From Pseudovirgaria hyperparasitica (Eukaryota), in assembly GCA_010093815.1 (NCBI GenBank), contig ML996583.1: a stretch of 64,000 bases of DNA; one strand, written 5' to 3'. The translations under genes were made by a program, and so were the position numbers. How positions within the stretch are numbered: the stretch's first letter is position 1; each line of letters opens with the position of its first letter. The notes beneath the pieces were generated by a model. That model did not search any database. It was not told the DNA's origin and was given only the letters and a program-made list of their open reading frames with translations. Below are positions 13,181 to 26,500 of this stretch, piece by piece.

Positions 13181-13640
13181 ATCGAAAGTAGTGTCTCTGC
13201 TTTGTTAGTATCCAGGCGCACAAACTGATAACGTGTGTCGCAAATGACTTCGAGGAGGTGTTGTTTAGGCATTGTTGAGCGGCTATGCCCTTGATAAGAT
13301 GATAGTTGCTACGGAAACGTGTAGGGCCACATCTAGGCAGGGCGTAACCCAGCGCAGTTAATAACACCTAATAATACAAATCGTGCATGACACTGGTTCT
13401 TGATGCGTGGAATTTAGACATTTGAGCTAAGTGTCAAATTATTTCCAGAGATTGCTCGGAAGCTTTCAAAGGCATTTCATTTTCGCCATACTAATTACAG
13501 AGTGGAATGATTGCGAGGTCCGCTTACAATGCTTTGCTACCACATATTGCCCCCTTTTTAGAATACAGAGACTTTGCCTATGTACGACATTCTGGTCACA
13601 GGCGAATATTACTAAAGACCGATTGACTTTTTCGGAACGC

Positions 13641-14665
13641 TCATTTGGCCCTCGCGGCTTTGTCGCTAGCAGTTTGGTTGATGTTCAAGCCAAGTCCCTG
13701 CGAGTCTAAATAGACCTTGTTGGCTCCGTTCTGTAGAATTTGCGCGATGTTCCTAGCATTTTCGAATTCTCTTAGATCAACGTACGATCGAGACTTCTTG
13801 ATAGCGTCACCGATAAGCTCAGCACTACGTGCTTCACCCTGGGCTCTCACGACCATTGCCGACTTCTCTTGCCTAGCTTTGTCCACAACGAATGCGGCAC
13901 GTTGAGCTTCCTGTTGCGCAACCTGCTTCGCCTCTACGGCAGCGGTGAATTCTGGTGAGAAGGCCAGGTGGGTAAGAGATACATCATCGAGCATGATGTT
14001 AAATCGGGCCGCTCTGCGGACGAGATTATCTCTGACCATGCGTGACACATTTTCACGTTGTGTGATAAGTTGTGAAGCGTTGAACTGAGCGACTACACTC
14101 TTGAGGACTTCGTTGACGATCGATGGGAGCACTCGTTCGTCATAGTCAGTCCCAAGGGTGCGGTAAATCTGTGGAAGAGCGTCTACGCGTGGTCTCGAGA
14201 GGACACGGCAGGTGATATTCACCATCTGGAGGTCTTTCGTACCGGTGAGGGAGGCGACATTCCGAGGTTTGGCGCGGACGTCGTAGGTGATTGGTGTCTC
14301 GAACCACGGTATCCGAATATGCGTTCCTAGCTTTGAATGAGCAACAATCCTGTGGAGGATGTAAAGTTTCGGCAGTCATCGAACCTTCGTTGTAGATTTC
14401 CTTGCCGACACCACCTAACCTCGTGTATTTTATCGCACGATGACCTCCATCAACTGGGAGTAGACAACGTCAGTCTCTGATTTTACCAAGTGGATATGGT
14501 CTCACCATTGAACAGTGCATTGTTACCAACCATCAGAACACCACCAAGGACGACAAGACCAACAAGACCGGCGCCGGCACCTTTTGGTGGAGGGAAACCA
14601 CCGTTGCGCTGAGCATTCTGCAATGAGCGCTGAAGGCGCTTCCATGTCTCTTCAGGTCCAGACAT
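13641..14665 (-). CDS. PHB2: Prohibitin-2, ~304 aa, 3 exons (14665-14506, 14453-14385, 14326-13641)
   Basis: ALFN|VDGGHRAIKYTRLGGV...EG|THIRIPWFETPI, DYDERVLPSIVNEVLKSVVAQFNASQLITQRE and AKQVAQQEAQRAAFVVDKARQEK. Introns at 14454-14505 and 14327-14384. Confidence 0.96.
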
Positions 14666-15481
14666 TCTTCAGCGGGCGCAATAATGTGGCTGATGAATGA
14701 TGTCTTGGAAGGGCTCTCGAAACTGCGGTGATGTGGTGGTTCTGTGAGGCGACGATGCGGAGCTGTCTGGACTGAAGCTCCTCCGCTTCGCTAGAGAAAT
14801 GTACCAGGATCACGTTCATGCCTACACGTGACCTACTAGGATCCATCGAAAGCCGACACTATTAGTTACGCCGACGCACGAATGATCTAGGACTTTGAAC
14901 TTTTATAATTCATCTGTTTGAGAACGCTGATATTAATTTCTTAGACCGTCATTCGGTTCGATAGAGTGACCATGTCTGAAGCATCTTCATCCAGCTCGGG
15001 AACGCTGCAATAGTAAAGCATGCACATTGAGCAAAGCAATCTTGGAAACCCAATGAGTAAGTTTCATAGCTTCTGGCGTCTGTAGCCAATCACGAGCGTG
15101 CCCTGGGACCAAACAGAACAGCTGGCCCTTCCATTTGCGAATCGAAGACCATAGTACTTGCTGCGCAGGACAATTCATGATACCATTCTCCCACGAAGTA
15201 CGCCAACCCAGACTTTGGACCTTCGTACCTCCGCTGTCCACGCCCGCATTCTATGCAGGTGTCATAGCCCGCCATTGATCGCATGTCATACGCCATCCAC
15301 TCTATCAGCATCTTTGGTAAGTCGATGAGCCATGTGTGCGCTCTTATTGTCCTGACGGTTGTATTCAGTCCTCTCCCGGACTCAGACTACAGTCTCTACC
15401 TGCTCGTTCTAATAACCGGCGCGCCTCCCCTGTCGCGCCCTTACCTTACTCTCGACGACATTCTTCGACCGGACCAGCACC

Positions 15482-16820
15482 ATGCGTTTAACGCGATCTA
15501 TAATGCGAGTCGCAGGATTGTCTGCTTTCGTATCCGCAGTACAAGCGCAATATACTTTAGACAATCTAAGCTTTGGACACAAAGATGGCAGAATTTCTAC
15601 GAATGACGAGAGCGTTGATGGATGGCAACTACTCGGCGAACAGTATACTCCATACCTGTTGTCAGATCGTGTGATTTTGACGCCACCTTATCCTGGAAAC
15701 AAAAGAGGTGCGATTTGGTCTATCAATACGATGCCCAATACTGAATGGGTGGGAGAGCTCAATTTCCGGGCGTCAGGGGATGACAGGGCTGGAGGTAACA
15801 TGCAATTATGGTACGTTAAGGATGGGAAGAGCTCGGTGGGCACAAACAGCCTATATACGGTTGACAAGTTTGACGGGCTTATGCTTGAGATCGACACGTA
15901 TGGCGGCCGAGGCGGAGTGATACGTGGGTTCTTGAATGATGGTACAAAGTCTTTCAGAGGGCACCATAGCGTGGACGCTTTATCATTTGGCCAATGCGAC
16001 TACCCGTATCGCAACACCGGGAAGTTTTTACCTTTGACCGTAAAGCAAACGGCCAACGGCTTAGAAGTAATGGTAGACGGAATCCCGTGTTTTCGAAGCG
16101 AGCAGGTGATCCTGCCCACGGGCTATCAATTCGGAGTCACAGCTGCATCTGCGGAGAATCCTGATTCATTCGAAGTAGCGAGCTTCAGGGTCTCTACGAC
16201 TGGATCTACTACTCGTGAAGAACCACGACGAGATCAACAACAAAACCAACAAGCATTTAAGCAGCCTCCATCTTCACGAGGCAACAACATTATCCCGGAC
16301 TCTCTGGCAGAAGACATCAAAACTCAAGAAGCCCAGTTCAAAGACTTGCACGACAGGCTACAAGCCATGACCTACCAAATCGGCATTCTCCATGACCAAA
16401 TCACCAAGCTACATGAACAGCAAGCAGCAATCCAGGTCGAGACCAATAATCAACTTCGCCCCATAAATGAACGTGTGAACGAAGCCAAACAAGTGCAAAG
16501 TCGCATTGAGGACAGAGTGAATGAGATCAAAAAGGACATCGAAAGCAAAGACTACAAAGACATGATCAACGCGTTACAGCAAGCGGTCACTGCCGGGCAT
16601 AGCAACATGATGCAGAACCTCCCCCTGCAAATGGACCAACGTGAGTATCCAGGTCGTCCTGAGCAGCACACATAGCTAACTATTTCGTCTAGTCATGAGC
16701 AAAAATGGTCCTAAGCTAAGCACTTTTGTCTTAATCATCATTGCCGTCCAGATAATCCTTATTGGTGGTTATATATTGTACAAGCGAAGGCTGAAGAGCA
16801 TGCCTAAAAAATATTTGTAG
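15482..16820 (+). CDS. L-type lectin cargo receptor (ERGIC-53/Emp46/Emp47-like), ~428 aa, 2 exons (15482-16640, 16693-16820)
   Basis: Signal peptide, lectin-like domain (RVILTPPYPGNKRGAIWS, FGVTAASAENPDSFEV) and coiled coil. After intron 16641-16692 come a TM helix and the cytosolic tail ...MPKKYL*, a KKxx-type signal. Confidence 0.9.
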
Positions 16821-17615
16821 TTCTATCACATGGAAGGCTCCAGTGGCACTGGCACGCATGCATCATATTATGGAGTTTGACGCAAACTTTTGAGTTATTT
16901 CACTGTGTCTATAGCAACATACCCCTTCTTCAGGGTGGTAGAGTACTGGGCACCATTCCAGCTGACGTCATTGTTGACTTCGACCAAGTGACTTGACTTT
17001 ACTCCTCATCCATGATATTCGGCTGAGCAATCCTCGGGTGTTCCTTATGCTTGACCAGCATGAATCCTGTTGGACAATTGGTGGAGAAAAGGCTTGGAAC
17101 GGCCAGATGAATGAAAAAAGGTCATGAGTTGCTATATCTAAATATGGCCCGGCAGCATTCAAAAGAAGAAGAGTAAGACACCCACACCCGGAACCCGTCT
17201 CCGCAAAGGCAGAAAAGGCCAACAAGACCAAGGACATGGATGGCGGCCCCATAGTTCGTAAGCTGCATATGGATGCGCATATCACAGCACGCTACCCATA
17301 TCCCTGACCCGGCCCCGGCTTCGGCTTTACATAGATGTTCTGAGCTCGAGCAATAATGCCCGAGCCAGTCCGCTTTGTCGTTCCGCCGACGGATGAGTTG
17401 GAGCTTTCTCGCGCTGCGGCAAACAACAAGGTCCCCAACGTCTATGAGATCACCCGGAAAAGCGCTCTGCTGCTTTTTGACGTGCCGCTTGAGTGCCATC
17501 ATCCCCGAGATACGCAACTCAGTACCGTCCTTTACAGCTTGTTTTGCCCCATCTCTCGGTCCGCTCAACATTTTAGCCTGAGATCGCATCAGGAAAGCTG
17601 TGCGCCTACGTCTAT

Positions 17616-19663
17616 ATGGCTTCAGTGGAATCTCAGGGTCTTCTCATCTCAAATGAGAGGCTGGACCAGATAGCCGGTAATGAGAACCGATCAGTCGACT
17701 TCGAGGAAGCTTTAAATCCAGTCACAAATAGCTCCGACAGCTGGAGTGGAAGCTCTGTCTCTGATGAGGAGGACTACGATAAGCTCCGACCTCATCCCGA
17801 CGATTTACGAGATGACGCATACGGGGGAGGCATCGAGGACACCGAACAAAAGGACGGGGACTATCCATCAGGAGATGCGGACAATGTTGCGAGAGCAAAG
17901 CCAAAGATAGCTCGGAGGAAGAGCATCCAAGTTGTTCTAGAGACGACTGATAGGAAGGGGCGATACAAAATCACTGCGGATGACCCTGAAATTAGGGAGA
18001 TTCTACGGAGGAGCCTCGAGAGGGAAGCAGATGTAGCAGACGCAGCTAAGAAGAAGAAACTGAGATTTCGCGACCTTATGTTTACGAAGCAATTCACCAC
18101 ATTTGATCGACAGAATCCGCTGAGCTCAGAATCCGCCTTTCATGGCTTCTTTACACTATTTTGGCTTTGTCTCGCTATGCTGCTATTACGAATCGCAGCA
18201 TACAATTACAAGGAGCATGGAAGTGTATTCGGAGGAGCTGAACTGCTGCACATGATGTTTGGTCGCGACGTTATACTCCTCGGTTTGACTGATGGAGCTA
18301 TGGCTGCAAGCCCGGTCGTTGGACTGGTCCTTCAGCTCGCCATTCTCAAGGGCTGGATATCTTGGAATTCTTCGGGATGGATAATACAGAATGTGTGGCA
18401 AGCCGGATGGCTCGGAGCTTTCCTTGGGTGGACATTCTACAGAGAATGGCCATGGACCCATACCATATTCATTACGCTACACTCCCTCGTTTTTCTAATG
18501 AAGCAACATAGCTATGCTTTTTACAATGGCTACTGTAAGTGCTACCATGGTCAGACGGTATATATGACTAATTCAGGGCAGTGTCACAAGTATATCGCCG
18601 AAAGATGCTGCTGGAGCAAAAGCTTCAACAATTAGACGACATTGTACCTACACCACAATCGCCACAGGTCCGCCGCTCATTTTCAACCACTGGCACAGAT
18701 ATTGACTTTAGTCCGAGTGCCGGGAAGAACCTCAGACGCCGCGGCTCCATGGGACCCAAAGCATCAACCAATCTACTCAAGGAGAAGTCTGGAATCTCGC
18801 CCATTGCATCCGCCATCGAATCTGGAGAGCCACTCGATGGAGATCAACTCCGCACCTTCACCTCGATCATCAACACCGAGATTGAAATCCTTGACGACGA
18901 ACTCTCTGCCCGCTGCACGAACAAAGCGAATGCATATCCCAACAATCTAAACATTGCCAATTTTGCCGACTGGACCGTCCTCCCGACGCTCGTCTACGAG
19001 CTCGAATACCCGCGCCAGGAACGCATCAACTGGCTATACGTAGCTGAGAAAACCGCCGCCACCTTTGGATGCATCTGGGTCATGATGGTCGTCTCTCAAG
19101 CTTACATCTACCCAGCCGTGCTCGAAACCGTGCGCATGAAGGAAGCAGGCATGTCACTTCAACAGCGCTGGGTCGAATTCCCCTGGATTCTATCCGACCT
19201 GCTATTCCCTATGCTCCTCGAGCAACTACTGTCCTGGTACGTCATCTGGGAATGTGTGCTCAACGTCCTCGCCGAACTCACGCGCTTTGCGGATCGTGGC
19301 TTCTACGGCGATTGGTGGAATAGTGTGAGCTGGGACCAGTATGCGCGCGACTGGAACCGGCCGGTGCATAGTTTCCTCTTGCGCCATGTCTATCATAGCA
19401 GCATCTCTGCGTTCCACTTCAGCAAGCCGACGGCCATGTTCGCGACGTTCTTCCTGAGCGCATGTGTGCATGAGCTGATCATGTTTTGTTTGTTCCACAA
19501 GGTGCGCGGGTATCTGTTCACGTTCCAGTTGTTGCAGATTCCACTGGCTGGACTGTCGCGCACAAAGCTGCTGAAAGGTAGGAAGACTATCGGTAATATC
19601 ATGTTCTGGGCAGGTCTATTCATCGGACCAAGCCTGATCACGAGTTTGTATCTTATTGTATGA
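17616..19663 (+). CDS. ARE2: Sterol O-acyltransferase (MBOAT, Are1/Are2 family), ~666 aa, 2 exons (17616-18534, 18582-19663)
   Basis: MKQHSYAFYNGY|LSQ, PTLVYELEYPR, AELTRFADRGFYGDWWNS, WNRPVHSFLLRHVY and SACVHE. Intron 18535-18581. Confidence 0.93.
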
Positions 19664-19958
19664 GCATATTGCAGTATTGCATTACGGAGGCATCGTTGGA
19701 GGCATTACTGGAGTTCGATATCCTTGCTTTTGGATGGGTATCTGTGCTGTAATATATTCCCCCGGTCATAGTAAGCTGTCAGGATCTTCCTTTAGGTTAT
19801 TCCACTCCTCCTAGATACCATTTCCATATCGAGATATCATAAGTCATTCGTATCTATTACATGCCTAGATCAGCCTTCACGATCAGCATCCATATCCATC
19901 CGGTTCGTGGACCTCATCCTTGTTCATCTCTAGAAATACAACCCTCCCAAAGTCGGTC

Positions 19959-21318
19959 CTATAAGGGCGGTCCCTTTGATTCCGTTTCCGCATAAGGAAA
20001 GATATGTCTCAACCCTCGGTCCTGTGCGCCCCCTTCCGCGACACTACTCTCGACTTTTAATTCCTCTTTCAATCGCTCCATAACTGGCGAACCCGGTTCC
20101 AACATATCCGAATACGACTTTCCAGTCTTCGCATCTACTTGCCGGTCCAAATAGTCCTGCTGCGATCGGCTAATATTCAGCGCAGACCGCACCTGACTCG
20201 CCAGATCCTCCACATTTCCACTCTGCGGCCTGCCCGCTCCATGTGTTGCCGCAAACCCATTCACATAATCGCGGTGTGTCTCCGTCTTGTGCAGCGTCTC
20301 CTCAACTTGCCGCGTCAGCCTCTCGACCTCATCCTCCACGCGCTGATCTGTGGTCTCCGTCTCGGCCACCGGCTCCTTCCGGCCCATATCTACGGCAGCT
20401 ATGGGCTGTGTTTGCGCCCACAGCGCCTCGAGCTCCTCGAGCCAGCCGCAAGCCTCTGCGAGCGCGCGCACGCCGGTGTCGCAGTCTCCGATGAGTGGTA
20501 CGTCGTCAGCGCGGTACCCGAAGTCACCGACAACTTCTTTATTGATCAGCAGTCGCGGGATGTGTGGCGCGCATTCGGAGGGTAAGCCGGCGAAGGGCTG
20601 CACGGTGAGGCTTGTGCCCATGACGATGGCGAGATCGGCGGTGGCAGGCAGGTGTCTGTTCAGGAAGAATTCTTCAGGGAGGGCTTCGCCAAAGAAGACA
20701 ATGTTGGGCTTCACGAGCCCGTTGCAGGCTTCGCAGTGGGGCACGGTCTTCTCATGGATTGCGATTTTGATCAGGGCGTCCGGGTACGGCGCGCGGCACT
20801 CGATGCACTTTTGTCCGGCGAAACTACCATGGGCTTCGACCATTTTGTCACCCGGGACACCGGCTTCGCGTTCCAGTGTGTCTATGTTTTGTGTGAAGCA
20901 TTTCAGTAGCAGGCCTTTGTCGTGGAGGAGTTTTATAAACGAGTGTGTGATAGTCGGGCGGTATTTTCCAGGATATAACTCTTGCGCAAGAGTGTAGAAT
21001 GGCTCGGGGTTGTTTCTGAAGAAGCTTATATCAAACACGGCCTCAGCATATGGCAGATTCAGCTTTGCAAGATTTGCATATAACCCGGTCTCTGGGCTGC
21101 GAAAGTCGGGTATCCCCGCGCTGGTCGAGATCCCTGCGCCCGTCTACACAGATTTAGTGCTTCTCTTCGTAGCCACACGAGTCCAGCAAACGAACCATAA
21201 CGACGATTTTCTTTGGCTCGCCATCCTTGATGTACTTGGCCAGAGCCTCCAGCGTCCTGCTCTCGAGCGTGTCCGGGGGCGTGTGCTCATCTATCGGAGT
21301 GCTATTCTCTTGGCCCAT
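19959..21318 (-). CDS. HST2: NAD-dependent deacetylase, class I sirtuin (Hst2/SIRT2-like), ~435 aa, 2 exons (21318-21196, 21143-19959)
   Basis: KIVVM|TGAGISTSAGIPDFRSP, FTQNIDTLE, EAHGSF, CxxC..CxxC zinc site, KPNIVFFGE and MGTSLTVQPFA. Intron 21144-21195. Confidence 0.92.
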
Positions 21319-22015
21319 GGCAGAGAGCCCTCTCTTTCCTTTCTCTTTGTGTTTAGATTTGCCTTTGCTCTTGCCCTTGCCTTTCTCGTGCTCGTGCCAC
21401 GGCTTGCTCGATTGCAGCTCCTGGCGATGTGCCTTATGTTTGCGACCTATGTTTAGAGACTATGCCTGTAGTCTCGGGGCTGAGCGGCTGTATAAACCCT
21501 TGAGAAGTCGGTCGAGGCATTCACAGGCGCGAATGAAGTTCAGAACTATTAGGCGAATTGTGGGGTGAGGGTAGATCAGAGCGTCAGTCGCAGGTCGAAG
21601 ACTTTGTGGGGAATTGTATCCATCCAGGCACCTATCAGAGGGCCCGGTATTTCGCAAGGCAACAGTGGGTACGGGTATACCCGGATCGCCGATGTCCGAC
21701 ATAATTCTGGATTTCCTGTAATCCAGGGAAAGGGGTCCCTGTCCAGCATGTAGGGATTCTGGAATATCAGCAGAAGAAATCTACCAAACTAAATGGGTGA
21801 GTTGTATCTAAGCCGATTGGTCCTGTGTACTAATAATACAAGGTTGATAAAATGGACTAGCGTTGGAACCACGAGCGACGGACCTATGTAGCAATCGTAA
21901 TCATCGGGCTGCTAAAGAGTTGTTGTGATGTTTTCCTAGAACAGTAGATTATATAGATTGTGATGATTTACATCAATGGAACGATAGAAATAACATTCGC
22001 GTGAATTATTCCAGT

Positions 22016-22855
22016 CTAGGGAACAAACGCTTCTAAAGTCTGAACAACTTCACTCATTGTTATATGGTTGCTAAGCCAACAACTTTGCATTAGTTGTCCC
22101 ATGGGTAGATCGGCAACAATAGGAAAATGGCCATCTATATATCGCTGCTCGACCTCCCTATCTTGGTTCCGTGATGATTCAAGATCGTAATGTGGTGGTC
22201 TTCCAGTTACGACTTCGTAGATTGCGCAACCGAATGCAAAGACATCCGTCCGTTGGCTTACGCTAGGTATAGAGGGTCGATAACTAAACCATTCATAGCA
22301 TGAACCTGCTTCTCCACCGTCGATACTACAGCCTTCAAAATCGATTAACTTAACGATATTCTTCCGCGTTAAAATAAGATTATTACACCCAACATCGCCA
22401 TGGACAATGTTACAGCTATGCAAGTGTTGGTAGCCCCTAGCGGCATGTCTAAGCCACTTAACCTTCGTCTGTATGGGTATGTCGGCAGCGGTGGGATCCC
22501 GACAAATCGATCGAAGGCTCGTACCTCGCTCAAGTACGATAGAACCATCCTTCATGATACCTAATATCTTCGCTATATTTGGGTGCGATCTAAGACGCTC
22601 ATATGCTCGATATTCAAGTTCACCATCCTCGTGCTCGTGGAAAGCTTTGAGAACTCTCTTTCTGTCAATACTGTAAACAGCTGAGGATTTTCCGGCGGCA
22701 ATGAATTTTAATGTTCCTATAGGGAAGGAATCGCTCGGTATACTAGGCAGAGGACGAATTGCTTTCAGCAATCTAGCAGGAAGAGCGCCGACGAAAGCGA
22801 AGCAGGAGAGGAAGGTTCTCCTGTTCGGTGGATAGGGCTCTGAATGGGGCGCCAT
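22016..22855 (-). CDS. Small atypical Ser/Thr protein kinase-like protein, 279 aa, intronless
   Basis: Kinase motifs: degenerate P-loop AAGKSSAVY, VLK, HPNI, HGDVGCNNLIL, KLIDFEG and TDVFAFGCAIYEVVTGRPP. Confidence 0.8.
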   Translation of the reverse strand: MAPHSEPYPPNRRTFLSCFAFVGALPARLLKAIRPLPSIPSDSFPIGTLKFIAAGKSSAVYSIDRKRVLKAFHEHEDGELEYRAYERLRSHPNIAKILGIMKDGSIVLERGTSLRSICRDPTAADIPIQTKVKWLRHAARGYQHLHSCNIVHGDVGCNNLILTRKNIVKLIDFEGCSIDGGEAGSCYEWFSYRPSIPSVSQRTDVFAFGCAIYEVVTGRPPHYDLESSRNQDREVEQRYIDGHFPIVADLPMGQLMQSCWLSNHITMSEVVQTLEAFVP

Positions 22856-23549
22856 CTGGATCAGAAATGAGGAGCGAGGTATCTTCAGCCATGGAATGGA
22901 AAATGATCGCGGTCGAGTGCCCGGCGAAGCGGCACGTTGGGTGGTAAGAACAGATGTCTTGCTGCTGGGCGGAATGATAAAGACAGCGAAACAAGCGAAA
23001 GGGGCTAGATGAAGCTTGAAGTGAGGCCGTTGGGTCCTAGGATCTCACCACCCAACCACCGTTGCTCCCACGTAAGTTGTTACTATAAGTAAGAGAGAGT
23101 GAGAGACTATAGAAGCTATTTAACTAACCGGCCACTAGTCCAATCTGGGAAGCCGGGGCTATGTGTCAGCAGCTTCTTCTAATATGTAGTTCGTAATAAC
23201 AAGACATAGTAGCAGGGATTGGAGTCTAATAACGATGCCCATCTTATTTCACTAGCATGCCATGCTTTTGACTGCTTATTAGAGGCTTTACCTTTCAAGT
23301 ATCTTTTAGCCATCTGGTTTTTCTGACGTTCAGTCATCGTCAAGAAACTCTATTAACTATGTACCGCCTTTCAACACTCCCATTACGCTGTTCTTATTGT
23401 TAGTAGCGAAACAACGGGCATGAAGAAATTCTCAATTTCCTCGCGTGTGGAAGTACTTATGTCGTCATTTTATTGTTTTGCGATCTATACCGTACTTCTT
23501 CGCTAAGTTAAATTTAACCACAGCCATGATGCGTAACTCGTATATTGGT

Positions 23550-26500
23550 TTAGAACTTAAGGTCGACGTTCGAAAGCTCTACTAAACTGTATTTCGGATA
23601 GTCGGCATATTCCGGAACACTCGCCTCACTCGTCTCGGAAGAATCATCCCACTCTTTCGCGGACAACTCATCATCTCCATATGTAGGCCCTAGCTCAGGA
23701 TATGAAGCATCAAATAGTGGAGTCTGAGAACGCTCATCGCAATCACAGTCAATATGCCAGATATCTTCGAGCTGAAGTCGTACACAAGCCAGTGCATACA
23801 ACTGCTGGAACGCGTTTAGCTGACCGTTCTCGTTCGACCATAAATCTTCTATAAGCATTTTCTGGAACTGCTCGAAATGTTCAAGACTTCCACCAAAGTG
23901 CGTAGAACTGACCGCCCCATGCGCGCTATATCCCCTAGAGAAACCGGCGATACTAGCCCTATGGAGTAACTCCATGATAGTAGGTGTACTCAAGTCATAA
24001 TAAGCCCGTGCCCGAATAGTCTTGTTGCACACTTCTCCATCAGTAAAAGCTATCGAGCCGAAGGTGAGACGGATACGCGGCATCCGTCGACTTATTTTAT
24101 GCTTAATAAACCTCCATGATGTGCGCCGTTGACGTGCATCAGAAAGACGAGCCAGCATGGAGTCCGTCCACGACAATATGGTACCGAAGTCTCCTTGTAC
24201 AAAGATTCTAGCTCTTCTGGCGTGTTTTGCCCACATGTAGCACTCCTGCGACGTGAAATGTTGCTGGACGAGCCTTGAACCATTGTGATTTATTGCTGGC
24301 TGCTTTATCTCCAGGCAATTCCAGCGGGTCGTTTCTATCTCGAATAGATCGCCCAGAGCGTTGATGATCTCAATGAAGTCCGCGAAGATATGCTTCCTGC
24401 GTCTACGAGGCGGATTCCGTAGCCAAAAGAGGCACTCGCCAGAGTAAATCGCAGCTACTATGCCACACTCCCGGCTGCATGCGAATACCTGCCACGAAAC
24501 GAAATGACTGGAACATGTTTGACGTGATAGAGTAGGTCGATGATAAATTGATGATATGCAATGCGCTGGATGTACTGATCTGCGATAGTCGTCCGCATCA
24601 CATAGTAACTGTGTCAAAGCTAAAAGCGCGAGTCCTGTAAGGTATTCGGGACAACCATATTGCACACGTTCACTTATCGTGCGTATAGCTCCAGATGCTA
24701 TAGCACGAAAAAGTGTAACCTTATACGGTCGCTTAGCCAAAACGGCGAGCTGAGGCTTAATTCGAGAGATGACATATTCCCATGGCGCGTTGAGTGGACG
24801 GTGTACTGAAATGCGATACATGTATAGATCCCAAAACCAAACTGGTTCAAATAAGGTTAAGCATTCCTCTAATGGACAATATCCTAGCCCAGATAGCCAG
24901 ACTAGAATTTGCCAAAGCCTGTTAATGATATAGCTGTGGTCGTCCTTATCGAAAAAACGACTAAATGCAATAAGGTTTAATATGGTGGTTGTCGGCTCTT
25001 GAATGTCCGACAGGCTGCGCGGCACAATCATTAAGAAATAAAACTCGGACTCCAACCATCTCGAAGGTAGCTCGATGTCTGTGTACCGATTGTGCCGTCG
25101 AAGTTCGTGTTCGGATCCAAGGCTGAGTACGAATTCATATGCTGAACGATGAACAAAGTTCAGATCCATATGTTGGTAACGGATCAAACTCTTCGCATAA
25201 GCTGGGGCGTTGCGCGGAATGAGTGTGGAGTTCAGTGGTTCTTCATTTGAGATCCACCAGGCTTGCTGGATATATGACTCCAGGCAGACGTAGTCTGTTC
25301 TGTCTGGGTCGATTTGGAAAGGTTCGGGATAACGATGGAGAAGTACTTCGGGACCATCGTAATCATGAGGTCTCCTCGATATATCAATTAGCCCGCAACT
25401 CTGGCCTAGTATCTGCTTCATTGCTTTCTCACACGTCGCTACAAAGCTGTCTCCCGATATAGGCTTACTTAGATTCGGGTATGCTGCCACTCTAGCAACA
25501 GAAAGGGTAGGTAGCCCAAGCCTTGTGTGTGCATCTATAAGAAAGAGGATGGATGCAAGTGATTCGTAGTATATGGGATCAATTTTGGAAAACATCTCGC
25601 TAAATAAATCGTTTAGTTCACGCGGCATTTCTGCCAATCGCCGCTGAAGAAGGGTCTCGTGATCGTAGTTCTCAAGCCCTTTCTTGATGGACTGAGTAAC
25701 CACGGAAGCCCAAAGAAAGACTCCTTCGGATTTCCCTACAATGGAGTCCACCAGACCCTGGATCTCGCGGTTCTTTTTGTATTGCGACAATTGTGCTGAA
25801 ACGAAGGTCTTGATGTCATCCTCATTAAGATCTTGTAATCTCAGTTGTGCACAGGTGCTAAGCCTTCGGACAAGTCCTGTCTCAGGACGGCTCGAAACAC
25901 ATAATTTGATGTTCTTGAAGTCCTGGATCCCCATCACTAGATCCATGAGCACATCGGATTCGCCCTCGAATTCATCAAGGCCATCTATGAATATGCAAAG
26001 ACAGTCCTTCGATAGATCGCAAAGGACGGCGTGTATGGCAGACCTAAGACGTGTTTCCGTCCAATGTGGTATTCGTCCCACGGCTAAACCGAGCTTCATG
26101 AAACATGTTCCCGCTGCCCTTGGAATCTCCTTGCAAACTTGATATAGCAGAGATCGCATCAAGCCTATCAGGGATTTTTGCATATCCGAGCCTGCCTTCC
26201 AAAAAAAGAAGGAAAACGTATAGAGAGGTCTATTTCCAGCCCAGTCTTTTAAGAGAGTCATTGTCTGGTCATGACCTGCAAGGTGAACCATGAGAGTGCT
26301 CTTCCCAGATCCGGCTTTGCCATTGACCCAATACACTGCATCCTCGGATTTGAGCCACGTAGATATGTCAGACCATACGATTTTGTGATCCTTCGGAGGA
26401 TCAAAAAGCCACTTGAAAGTATCGTGCCATGGCCTTTTTATCATTTCCTGGCGCACTGTGATGTCTGGGAAGAAGAGGCTGCGTAGAAGCTCAGTACGGC

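Noticed and set aside
17356..17673. Out-of-frame ORF overlapping the ARE2 start (uORF?)
   Set aside because: There is no evidence the ATG 260 nt upstream is transcribed, and the peptide is unremarkable.
20139..21568. Plus-strand ORFs over the sirtuin
   Set aside because: They are antisense shadows of a GC-rich coding region.
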